The notes: a model not told the origin generated them from the sequence alone. Positions 8,012 through 16,395 are shown, numbered from the stretch's first letter. The stretch is DNA of 64,000 nt from a virus (IMGVR_UViG_3300033073_001493:4927-68926); one strand, 5' to 3'. Program-made: numbers and translations.

Positions 8012-9490
8012 ATGACCCAAGCCGCTGCCACACGAGCGTGTGAGCAGTGCGGGCAGTCGTTTCCCTACGAAGGGACGACGCGCCGCTACTGCTCGGAGAG
8101 ATGCCGCTACCGGCACAAGGACCAAGCGCTGCGCTCCAACCCCGAGCGCCACGCGCGGCAGGCCGCGCAGCAGGCCGCGTGGATGGCGGCCAACGTCGAC
8201 TGGCGCAATGCCCGCAGGCGAGAGCGCACGCTGGCGAGGCGGCTCGACGTGCCCGCGACCGAGTGCCTGCACTGCGCCGCCGCGATGCCCGCGCGCAAGC
8301 TCCGGGTCTACTGCTCCGACGACTGCGTGATGGCCGCATGGCGCAAGGCCAAGGCGGCCGAGACGGAGCCTCGCCCCACGCCTGCCCCACGTCGCCGCAT
8401 CGTGACCGTGGCGGGCGAGCGAGAGGCCACCAGCGAGGCGAGCGAGCAGCCTGCCCGGTCGCCCTACGAACTGCCCGCGCCAGACCTTGGCCGCCACGTT
8501 CCCGGCGTCGTGTGCGAGCTGCTGCTGAGCGGCGTGCCCGGCATCGTCGAGCACCGCCACGCGAGGCTGCTGCACGGGCTGCTCTCCCACGCCATCGGCC
8601 GAGACCACGACGCCATGCGGCCGGCCTTCGCGCTCGTGCCCTACGCGCACTGCCGCTCCCAGTGGGCCGTGTGGTGCGCGAGCCACGACGATGCGAGGCG
8701 CCTGCACACGAGCCCCCACGCAGGCACGCTCTTCGGCCGCGACGTGCGCGTGTCGCTCGGCCTGCCCCACCGCGTCCACCTGCCTCGCTACCAGCCCGGC
8801 CGCTACACGGTGCGCATCGACACGGTGACGCTCGTGCACGTCCGCAGCAACGGCACGCACACGCACACGGTCAAGACGGCGCCGACGGCCGAGAGCCTCG
8901 CGAACACGCTGACGACGACGCTCGCCCGCTTTCGCCTGGGGCTCGAGGTCGCGCCGGCCGACCTTGGCCTTGCGCTGCTCTCGCACGAGACGATGCCCGA
9001 CCGGCTGCACACCGGCAGCGAGTCGCACTGGCGCAACGTCGACGACGGCGCTGCGGTGCCCGGCCTGCTCTCGGGATGGGTCGGCACCGTCGTGGTCGAG
9101 GTGAGCGCCGTCGGTCGCACGCTGCTCGAGTGTGCGCGCTGGATGGGGCTCGGTGGCCGCGTGTCGCTGGGGCTAGGCCGCATCGCCGTGCGCGACGTGA
9201 CCGACAGCGCCGAGCGCTCGCGCGCCGTGGGCAGGTTCTTCGTCACGCCGCACGCCGTCGAGCGCTACCGCGAGCGCATCGAGCCCGTGGCCTACGACGT
9301 GGCACTCGGCCGCCTCATTCGCGCATCGGCCGACGCCCGCCTCGCCAAGCGCTACCCCGACGGGCAAGCGCTCTACCGCACGGGCAAGCCAGACCGCCTC
9401 GCCTTCGTCGTCGCGCCGTGTGCCGAGCCCGGCGAGCGCTCTCACGCCATCGTCACGGTTCTCGGCCCGCCAGCAAGGAGCGCAACATGA
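8012..9490 (+). CDS. cas6: Multidomain protein: two CxxC...CSxxC Zn fingers, Cas6-like RAMP domain, C-terminal putative RelE/DUF4258-like domain
   Basis: CEQCG...YCSERC and CLHCA...YCSDDC; central region with RLLHGLL, GWVGTVVVEV and G-rich loop WMGLGGRVSLGLGRI (GhGx5GhG, Cas6 hallmark); C-terminal VTPHAVERYRERI...IVTVL; heads the csf operon. Confidence 0.75.
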   Translation: MTQAAATRACEQCGQSFPYEGTTRRYCSERCRYRHKDQALRSNPERHARQAAQQAAWMAANVDWRNARRRERTLARRLDVPATECLHCAAAMPARKLRVYCSDDCVMAAWRKAKAAETEPRPTPAPRRRIVTVAGEREATSEASEQPARSPYELPAPDLGRHVPGVVCELLLSGVPGIVEHRHARLLHGLLSHAIGRDHDAMRPAFALVPYAHCRSQWAVWCASHDDARRLHTSPHAGTLFGRDVRVSLGLPHRVHLPRYQPGRYTVRIDTVTLVHVRSNGTHTHTVKTAPTAESLANTLTTTLARFRLGLEVAPADLGLALLSHETMPDRLHTGSESHWRNVDDGAAVPGLLSGWVGTVVVEVSAVGRTLLECARWMGLGGRVSLGLGRIAVRDVTDSAERSRAVGRFFVTPHAVERYRERIEPVAYDVALGRLIRASADARLAKRYPDGQALYRTGKPDRLAFVVAPCAEPGERSHAIVTVLGPPARSAT

Positions 9491-10020
9491 ACACCATCGA
9501 CACCCTTCGCTCTTTCGGCGCCTGTGACGATGCACTCGAATGGGCCGAAGATCGACCCGAACAGTCGCCAAACGGGCTTTGGCTAGAGTGCCATCGAGCC
9601 GATTGGCTGCTTTGGTACATGGGCAAACTCGCCGCGCGCGACGGCCACGGCTCCAAAGTTCACCGCCGCGCGGTTTTGATCGCTTGCCTGTGTGCCCGCA
9701 TCGCATCCATCCACTGGCGCGATCCATCGTGCGAGCGTGCCGTGTCGTTGGCTGAGCGGTGGGCTTGGGGCGACAGATCGGTCACGTGCGGGGAATTGCA
9801 CGCCGCCGCTGCTGCCGTTGAATACGCCAACGCTGCCCACTCCGCCGCCGCCTCCGCCGCCGCCACCGCCGGAGACGCCGCCGCTGCTGCCGTTGAATAC
9901 GCCAACGCCGCCTACTCCGCCGCCGCAGACTGCTCTTCCAGAAACGCCGCCGCCCGAGAGGCGCGCCTCGCCTCTCTCGCCGACTTGATCCGTGCTGCCA
10001 TCCCCGAGGTGCCGCTGTGA
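9487..10020 (+). CDS. Ala-rich repeat hypothetical protein between cas6 and csf1
   Basis: AAGGAG RBS, ATGA and GTGA overlaps on both sides; duplicated AAAAAVEYANAA unit. Confidence 0.75.
   Translation: MNTIDTLRSFGACDDALEWAEDRPEQSPNGLWLECHRADWLLWYMGKLAARDGHGSKVHRRAVLIACLCARIASIHWRDPSCERAVSLAERWAWGDRSVTCGELHAAAAAVEYANAAHSAAASAAATAGDAAAAAVEYANAAYSAAADCSSRNAAAREARLASLADLIRAAIPEVPL
9800..9908 (+). repeat. Two perfect 34-nt direct repeats, period 75 nt, inside a CDS
   Basis: ACGCCGCCGCTGCTGCCGTTGAATACGCCAACGC at 9800-9833 and 9875-9908. Confidence 0.9.
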
Positions 10021-11159
10021 TCGCCCCGCCGCCGTCACCGTCGCGGGCCTACTGGCTCGTGTGCGGCTCACCGCACGTCGAGCTCGAGACCGACGCGCCC
10101 GAGGGCGCACGCTGCGCCATCTGCGCCGACGAACTGCGAGGCCGAGGCGTGCCGCTCGCCAGGTCGCCCGTGTCGTTCTGCAACCAGACCAACACGCGCA
10201 TCCCCGCGTCGCCATGGCTCTGCGTGCCGTGCCTGTTCGCAACGCGCTGGATTGCCCCGCCAGGACGTAGCGGCAAAGCCGACGGCGACGATGGCGGGCG
10301 TGGCCCGAACCCCGCCATGTACGGCCACCGCTGGGAACAGCTCGCCGATGGCACTGTGCGCTACGGCAACCACTCGAAGGGCGACAAGGCCGAGCTTCGC
10401 GCGTGGCTTCGCGCGCCGAAGGCTGGCTGGTGGTGGTGCACCATTGCCGACAGCGGCAAGAAGCACACGATCCCCTGGGCGCCCATCAACCACGGCTCGT
10501 CAGCGCAGGCCGCCGTGCTGTTCGACGAGGTGATGATCACCGTCGGCGACCACGCGATGGTCGACGACATCTCGGCGCTGCTCACCAGCGGCGCCACCAA
10601 GGCCAGCGTCGAGTCGGGCCGCTACACCACGGGCGAATACGAGCGATGCGCCCAACACATTGCAGCGTTTGAAAACAGGTGGGGAGCGCAGCGCGGCGGT
10701 GGCTGGTTCGGCCTCGCGGTGTGGCTCGCCCAGCGAGACGAGGCCGCCGTCGCCGCGAGGCTCGACGAGGAGCGCGCGGCCAAGGCCGCCAAGAAGCAAG
10801 CCGAGAGGGAGCGGGCCAAAGCAGACAAGCCCGCCAAGACGAAGACCACGAAGGCCCCACGGGCCGCAAGGAGCAAGAGCGATGATCGACGAGAAGCAGA
10901 AAGAGACGCTGCGGACGCTGACGGTGGAGCTGATGCTCGACCTGCGCAGCCAGTACCTGCGCACGCCGGGGTGCAACGCGCTGACGCACTGGGAGCAGCT
11001 CACGACGAGGATGCGAGCGTGCGCCCGCATGTCGGAGAGCGTCGACGAGTGGGCGACGATGATGCTGCGCCGCCTTCAGATACCGGCGCCCAGCAAGTAC
11101 AGCTCGGACTCTTTGCTGACGCTGAGCCACGCGGTGCGCGAGCTCGGCGCCGCAAGTGA
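10017..11159 (+). CDS. csf1: Type IV Csf1 (Cas8-like large subunit) with basic C-terminal extension
   Basis: N-terminal CAIC...CVPC Zn site; WWWCTIADSGKKHTIPWAPIN matches the Csf1 SxKKH(L/T)xxxxPVN-type motif; upstream of cas11-csf2-csf3. Confidence 0.8.
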   Translation: MIAPPPSPSRAYWLVCGSPHVELETDAPEGARCAICADELRGRGVPLARSPVSFCNQTNTRIPASPWLCVPCLFATRWIAPPGRSGKADGDDGGRGPNPAMYGHRWEQLADGTVRYGNHSKGDKAELRAWLRAPKAGWWWCTIADSGKKHTIPWAPINHGSSAQAAVLFDEVMITVGDHAMVDDISALLTSGATKASVESGRYTTGEYERCAQHIAAFENRWGAQRGGGWFGLAVWLAQRDEAAVAARLDEERAAKAAKKQAERERAKADKPAKTKTTKAPRAARSKSDDRREAERDAADADGGADARPAQPVPAHAGVQRADALGAAHDEDASVRPHVGERRRVGDDDAAPPSDTGAQQVQLGLFADAEPRGARARRRK

Positions 11160-11280
11160 CTGGCTCGAGCTGATCGAGCGCGAGCACGCGCTCCTCATCG
11201 CCATCGCCCGCAAGACCTCCGAAGAGCGCCGCGACCAGCGCGCGTCGGCCGACGAGACCCTGACCCCACAAGAGGTGTGA
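10882..11280 (+). CDS. cas11: Cas11-like small alpha-helical subunit (type IV-B)
   Basis: AAGGAG RBS at 10868; 132 aa, predicted helical (HWEQLTTRMRACARMSESVDEWATMMLRRL); position between csf1 and csf2 as in IV-B loci. Confidence 0.7.
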   Translation: MIDEKQKETLRTLTVELMLDLRSQYLRTPGCNALTHWEQLTTRMRACARMSESVDEWATMMLRRLQIPAPSKYSSDSLLTLSHAVRELGAASDWLELIEREHALLIAIARKTSEERRDQRASADETLTPQEV

Positions 11281-11283
11281 GCC

Positions 11284-12303
11284 ATGTACGAACAGATCCG
11301 CTACGAGTTCATCATCGAGGCGCAAGAGCCCATCGCCCACCACAGCGAGAGCGACGGCAACCAGGCCGTCGCCTTTCGCAAGAAGGTCGTGGGCCCCGAC
11401 GGTGTGGTGCGCCAGGTGCCCATCGTCACCGCCGACACGATCCGCCACGGGCTGCGCGAGGCAGGCACGTTCGCCTACCTCGATGCGGCCGGCCTGCTCG
11501 ACCAGGCGGCGCTCACCGAGTCGGCGCTGCGTCTGTTGTTCAACGGCGGTATGATCACCGGCAAGGGCGGTGACTCGGGCTCGGTCTCGCTCGACGCATA
11601 CCGCGAGCTGGTCGAGCTGATCCCCCACGTCGGCCTGCTCGGCGGCTGCGCCCGCAACCGCTCGATACCCGGCAAGGTGCAGGTGAGCGACGCGCTGCTC
11701 ATCTGCGAAGAGACGCGCCACCGTCTCCAGCCGTGGCAGCGTGACCTGCTGGGCAAGAGGCAGCTCAACTCGCACCGCAGCTACGTCGAGAACGAGCAGC
11801 GTGTGCGCATGGATGTGATGCTCGACCCATCGAAGCGGCGCCTGCTCACGGCAGGCGATCAGGTGCGCGCCACCGGCAAGCTCGCCGCGAGCGAGCGCGC
11901 CAGCGAGACGGGCGACGCCATCGAGAAGGCCGAGGCAAAGAGCAGCATGATGCCCCGCTCGTTCGAGCGCATCGCGCAGGGCTCGCTGTTCATGCTGTCG
12001 ATCGACGCGGTGGTGCAGACGCCGCTCGAGCGAGACGCGCTCGACCTGATGGTCACGGCGTTCGTGACCCGTGGCCGCGTGGGCGGAAAGAAGGGCACGG
12101 GCCACGGCAAGATCGGCGTCTTCGGCGTGGCGCAGGCAGACGGCACGACCGAGTGGGCGGCGCAGATCGTGCCGCTGCTCTCGCCCTCGGAGCACGCGAC
12201 CTCGATCCAGCTCGGCGACCGCGCGTGCGGGCAGATGATGCGAGCCCACGTCGCCAGCAACAAGGATCGCATCAAGACGCTGCTCGACAGGATCGACGCC
12301 TGA
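11284..12303 (+). CDS. csf2: Type IV Csf2 (Cas7-family backbone RAMP)
   Basis: EAQEPIAHH, VPIVTADTIRHGLRE, LLFNGG, LIPHVGLLGGC...IPGKVQVSD, G-rich loop VGGKKGTGHGKI. Confidence 0.9.
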   Translation: MYEQIRYEFIIEAQEPIAHHSESDGNQAVAFRKKVVGPDGVVRQVPIVTADTIRHGLREAGTFAYLDAAGLLDQAALTESALRLLFNGGMITGKGGDSGSVSLDAYRELVELIPHVGLLGGCARNRSIPGKVQVSDALLICEETRHRLQPWQRDLLGKRQLNSHRSYVENEQRVRMDVMLDPSKRRLLTAGDQVRATGKLAASERASETGDAIEKAEAKSSMMPRSFERIAQGSLFMLSIDAVVQTPLERDALDLMVTAFVTRGRVGGKKGTGHGKIGVFGVAQADGTTEWAAQIVPLLSPSEHATSIQLGDRACGQMMRAHVASNKDRIKTLLDRIDA

Positions 12304-13061
12304 TGGCCTCGCGTCGCAAGGGCCCGCAGGCAGCCCCGGCGCAGCACGCCGATGAGCAGCCGGCAGCGCTCCAGACAGCGCCGCCCGCGTGCATGATGGC
12401 GCCCGTGGGCGAGCCTGCGCGCTGTCCCGAGCCGCTGCACGTCGTCGCCCACATTCGCGACAGCATCGTCACGGCGCCCATGCTCGACGCGCTGCTCGCC
12501 TACCACACAGCGCAGCGTGCGGGGCTGCCCATGTGGGCGCGGCCCGACGAGCAGCCGCGTGTCGAGATCCCCATCGCCAGATCGCCATGCGGCAGGTTCC
12601 ACCTTGCCTCTCGGCCGCAGTTCGCGGTGCAGGAGAGCGAGCAGCGGTTCAAGTCGCGGCGCCCCATCGTCGAGCCTGCGCAGCTACTCGCAGGCCCGAG
12701 CGTGCGGCGGCTCGACATCCAGACAGGCGCCAACAAGGGCTTTCGCATCCCGTACAGCACGCACCTCGTCGCGGGCGGCGTCGTGCACTGGTGGTGCATG
12801 GGCGACCGTGACCGCATCGCCGAGATGCTGCGCGGCTGCCTGCACCTCGGCAACAACCGCCGCGTCGGCCACGGCTGGGTCGAGCGCTGGGACGTGCAGC
12901 AAGCCGAGCCCTGGCCAGGCTTCCCGGTCGTGCAAGACGGCCGCCCCCTGCGCGCGCTGCCGCTCGACTGGCCAGGCGTGACCGCTGGCGGCGTTGGCAT
13001 GTCGGCGCTCACCTATCCGTACTGGGCCCCCGAACGAAAGCAGCCGTGCCGTGTGCCGTGA
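12303..13061 (+). CDS. csf3: Type IV Csf3 (Cas5-family RAMP)
   Basis: MLDALLAY, IPIA, WWCMGDRDRIAEML..CLHLGNNRRVGHGWVERWDV (G-rich loop), RALP, YPYW C-terminus. Confidence 0.85.
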   Translation: MASRRKGPQAAPAQHADEQPAALQTAPPACMMAPVGEPARCPEPLHVVAHIRDSIVTAPMLDALLAYHTAQRAGLPMWARPDEQPRVEIPIARSPCGRFHLASRPQFAVQESEQRFKSRRPIVEPAQLLAGPSVRRLDIQTGANKGFRIPYSTHLVAGGVVHWWCMGDRDRIAEMLRGCLHLGNNRRVGHGWVERWDVQQAEPWPGFPVVQDGRPLRALPLDWPGVTAGGVGMSALTYPYWAPERKQPCRVP

Positions 13062-13647
13062 GCATGGCGCGGTGCTCATTGGTCCCCACCGGCTGCTATG
13101 CAGCGACGTGACCACGGGCGCGGTGGGGCGCCTCATGGGCGACGAACTCGCCGATGTCGTCTACAGCGACCCGCCGTGGGGGCCCGGCCTCCTGCGCTGG
13201 TTCTACACGCACGCCAAGATCGACTGCCAGGCGACGTGGGGCTCGTTCCTGGCCGCGTTCTGCGCCGCCGTGGCGACCCACAGAAAGCCCGCCGCGCCCG
13301 TGTTCGTGGAGATGGGGCACGCGTGGACCGACGATCTTGCCGCAGCCATGCTGGCCGTTGGCATCGCCGAGTCGGCGCGGTGGCGCGTCTCCTATGGTTC
13401 GCCCAAGCGCGAATCGGTGCTCTGGTACAGCGGCGCGCCGTTGGCGGGAGACCCGACAGGGCTGCATGGGCGAGCGGTCCCAACATGGGCCCTGTCACGC
13501 GTCGTGCAGGCTGGCGCCGTGGTGCTCGACCCATGCTGCGGAAAGGGCACCACGGCGGCTGTCACGAAGAGGCTCGGCGGCGTGTTTCGCGGCGCCGAGC
13601 TCAATCCCAAGAGGCTTGCCACCACACAGGATGTTCTGAACAGATGA
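13051..13647 (+). CDS. Short beta-class amino (N4-C/N6-A) DNA methyltransferase-like protein
   Basis: Catalytic motif IV YSDPPW N-terminal; SAM-binding VVLDPCCGKGTT...GAELNP C-terminal; about 198 aa; GTG start inferred. Confidence 0.8.
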   Translation: MCREHGAVLIGPHRLLCSDVTTGAVGRLMGDELADVVYSDPPWGPGLLRWFYTHAKIDCQATWGSFLAAFCAAVATHRKPAAPVFVEMGHAWTDDLAAAMLAVGIAESARWRVSYGSPKRESVLWYSGAPLAGDPTGLHGRAVPTWALSRVVQAGAVVLDPCCGKGTTAAVTKRLGGVFRGAELNPKRLATTQDVLNR

Positions 13648-14732
13648 CCGTCATATCCGCCAGCATCATGCATGCGCCATGGGCAACGGCTCGCAAGGCG
13701 CATGTTGCCGCCGCGCTCGATGCGCTCAGGGACGGCGACGACGTTGTGAGCAACTCCGTCGTTGTCGAAGACGCCGAGCGCAGCGGCGTGTGGCCATGCG
13801 GCAAGCGCGCCATACAGGCAGCGCTGTCGCACCAAGACGCGACCCACATACTCGTGCTGCAAGACGACCTGCTGTTCTGCCGGTCGTTCGCCAAGGCGCT
13901 ACGTCTCGTGGTCGACGCCAAACCGGCTCACGTCATCTCGCTCTTCAGCATGAGCCGCGGCGTCGTTCTCGAAGCCAAGACGCGCGGCTCATCGTGGGCG
14001 TGGGGGCCCGATGCCGCCTACGGACAAGCCATTGTGATGCCCGTCGAGATGGCCGCCGACTTCCTGCGCTGGGAGCCAGGCAACATCAGGGACGACTTCC
14101 CCTCCTACGACAACCGCATCGCGACCTATGCGCGCGCGACCGGGCAGGGTGTGTGGGTGCCATGCCCCAACCTCGTCGACCACGCCATGCCCGCTGACTC
14201 GCTGCTCGGCTACAGCAACCGCGTGCGCGTCGCGCGGTGGTTTCTCGGCGACATGGACCCGTCGCTCATCGACTGGCGCGCAGGCGCAGACGACCCGGTG
14301 CGGTGCAGCGGCACCGTGGACTATGGGCGATCGATGGTCGACGCCGGCAAGCTCTCTGGCGTGCCCTGCGCACCAAGGCCGACAGACCCCCTCGCTGCCA
14401 TGATCGCAGAGGCAAGGCGCGACCCGCACCTACGCCGGTGCATCAAGCCTGGCCAGCGTCACGAGCCGCTGCTCTTGCGCGGGCGCATCGTGGGGTTCGT
14501 CACGCCACACGAGCAACGTGAGGGCTGGCGCGCGGGCCCCATCTACGTCACGCCGTCGGCACGCAAGCAAGGCGTCATGCGTGCGTTCTACGAAGCGCAT
14601 CGCGACAGGACATGGCTTGCGGCCATCAAGTCTGACAACGAGGCCAGCGAGGTCGCTCACGAGCGGTGCGGATTCGCGCGGCTGCGAAGGTGCAAGCTCG
14701 GATGGATCTGGCGCAGGGGGTCAACACGATGA
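13644..14732 (+). CDS. GT-A glycosyltransferase-like domain fused to a C-terminal GNAT acetyltransferase
   Basis: HILVLQDDL (DxD-like), YGQAIVMP, YDNRI, VPCPNLVDH; C-terminal GPIYVTPSARKQGVMRAF...DNEASEVAHERCGF fits GNAT motifs A/B. Confidence 0.7.
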   Translation: MTVISASIMHAPWATARKAHVAAALDALRDGDDVVSNSVVVEDAERSGVWPCGKRAIQAALSHQDATHILVLQDDLLFCRSFAKALRLVVDAKPAHVISLFSMSRGVVLEAKTRGSSWAWGPDAAYGQAIVMPVEMAADFLRWEPGNIRDDFPSYDNRIATYARATGQGVWVPCPNLVDHAMPADSLLGYSNRVRVARWFLGDMDPSLIDWRAGADDPVRCSGTVDYGRSMVDAGKLSGVPCAPRPTDPLAAMIAEARRDPHLRRCIKPGQRHEPLLLRGRIVGFVTPHEQREGWRAGPIYVTPSARKQGVMRAFYEAHRDRTWLAAIKSDNEASEVAHERCGFARLRRCKLGWIWRRGSTR

Positions 14733-15562
14733 GCGACGAGCAGCAGAAGGAGCCCATCCTCTCGGCCGACGACTGTGAGGCGTGGGCCTACTGGCGAATG
14801 GTCGCGCTGGTGCATGCCGACACCAAGGCGTTCGCGCGCAAGGTGAAGAGCGCCAAGGACGTGGCGGCGCGCTGGCTAGATGGCTGCAAGCGACCTGCCG
14901 TGTCGTGGTCTGCGGGCAAGGACAGCACATGCATGACGCACCTCATCTGCTGCGAGATGGGGGCACGAGGCATCGTGACGGCGCTGTCGGAGAAGGACGA
15001 CCTCGACTACCCCGGAGAGGAGCAGTACGTGCGCGAGACGGCGGACGCGTGGGGCCTTCGGCTCGAGCTGGTGCGTCCCGAGCAGTCACCGTGGGGATGG
15101 CTCGTCGAGCACCGCCGCGAGCTCGGCGCTGGCAGCGAGATGCACGCGCGCTCGGCAGGGCTCAGCAAGGCGTGCTTCTACGGCGTGATGGAGCAGGCAG
15201 ACCGCGCCTTCGATGGCGTGGCGCTCGGTCTTCGCAGCGAGGAGTCGGGCATCAGGCGCCGGGTGCGCGAGATGCGAGGGCGCTGCTTTCGCCTCGCCTC
15301 CGGGCAGCTACGATGCCTGCCCGTGGCCGACTGGTCGGGGCTCGACGTGTTCGCCTATGCGCACAGCCGCAACATCGAGCTGTTGCCTGTCTACCGCTGC
15401 ATGGCGCTGATGCACGCGCGCGAGCCGTGGCTCATTCGCAAGAGCTGGTGGCTGCCAGGTAGCCACGCCGCGCAGGGCGGCGTCGTGTGGCTGAGGCGCT
15501 ACTACCCGAGCCTCTACGACAAGATGTGCGCGCTCTTCGGCGACACCTGGCAGTACACATGA
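14729..15562 (+). CDS. cysH: CysH/PAPS-reductase-like PP-loop protein (type IV-B signature gene)
   Basis: VSWSAGKDST PP-loop, LGLRSEESGIR, LPVADWSGLDVFAY....LLPVY. Confidence 0.9.
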   Translation: MSDEQQKEPILSADDCEAWAYWRMVALVHADTKAFARKVKSAKDVAARWLDGCKRPAVSWSAGKDSTCMTHLICCEMGARGIVTALSEKDDLDYPGEEQYVRETADAWGLRLELVRPEQSPWGWLVEHRRELGAGSEMHARSAGLSKACFYGVMEQADRAFDGVALGLRSEESGIRRRVREMRGRCFRLASGQLRCLPVADWSGLDVFAYAHSRNIELLPVYRCMALMHAREPWLIRKSWWLPGSHAAQGGVVWLRRYYPSLYDKMCALFGDTWQYT

Positions 15563-16395
15563 GCCGCCACGCCCTGCTCGTCACTGGCAGCCGGTCGCTC
15601 GCGGAAAGTGAAGCGGCGCGCGCGTGGGCGACCGAGCAACTGCGCGGTGTGGTGGGCTCGCTGCCCGATGGCACCGTCGTGCTCACGGGCGGCGCTGACG
15701 GGCCCGATGCGTGGGCGACGTGGATGGCAGAGCAGCGCGGCCTCGCGTGGGTCGAGTGGCACGCCGACGGCTCGCGCTGCTCGAGCCTCGGTGGCCCGTC
15801 ATCGTGGCTGCCACCGCCGCCGCGCGGCGTGGGCACGCCTGTCGTGTGGACGGCACGCGTCGGCTACCGAGGCAGCGACGGGCTCGACGTGACACGCAAG
15901 AGCGCTAGCGCCGACGGCCTGCCATTCGCCCCGTCGTGGGCCATCCTCTCGCCCGAGCTCGACGCCCGTCGCCGTGGCGAGGACGCTGCGGCGCGCTGGC
16001 CTGCCTACGTCGCAGCCTACGAGCACGAGATGCGTGAGAGCGAGCGGCGCGACCCAGGCGCGTGGCAACGGCTGCTCGGTCGCGAGAGCGTGACGCTGCT
16101 CTGCTACTGCACCGACCCGGCGCACTGCCACCGGTCGGTGCTCGCTCGGATGATCGGCGCGCGCGGCGCCCGCGTCTGTGGCGAGCGCCCGTCGCCGCTC
16201 GCGCGCAACGCAGCCATGGTAGACGCCCTCGTGGCGAAGCGCGCGGCAGGCTGGCACGTTGCAGCGCTCGCCCTCGTGGACCGTCGCTCTCGCACGCAGG
16301 GAGCCATGCACACGGTCGGGCTGCTGCGCCAAGCCGGCATCGAGGTCGACGTGCGCGAACGGGGCGAGCTTGGGCAGGTCAGAGCGAGACGCTGA
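15559..16395 (+). CDS. SLOG (YpsA-like) protein with an internal DUF488-like domain
   Basis: LLVTGSRS, VLTGGADGPDAWA and later PLARNAAMV...SRTQGAMHT (SLOG) bracket FAPSW...YVAAYEHEM...VTLLCYC...CHRSVLA (DUF488-like). Confidence 0.7.
   Translation: MSRHALLVTGSRSLAESEAARAWATEQLRGVVGSLPDGTVVLTGGADGPDAWATWMAEQRGLAWVEWHADGSRCSSLGGPSSWLPPPPRGVGTPVVWTARVGYRGSDGLDVTRKSASADGLPFAPSWAILSPELDARRRGEDAAARWPAYVAAYEHEMRESERRDPGAWQRLLGRESVTLLCYCTDPAHCHRSVLARMIGARGARVCGERPSPLARNAAMVDALVAKRAAGWHVAALALVDRRSRTQGAMHTVGLLRQAGIEVDVRERGELGQVRARR

Noticed and set aside
9800-9930. DGR-like adenine variation in NNC codons of the Ala repeat
   Set aside because: No reverse transcriptase or separate template repeat in the window; only two copies with few differences
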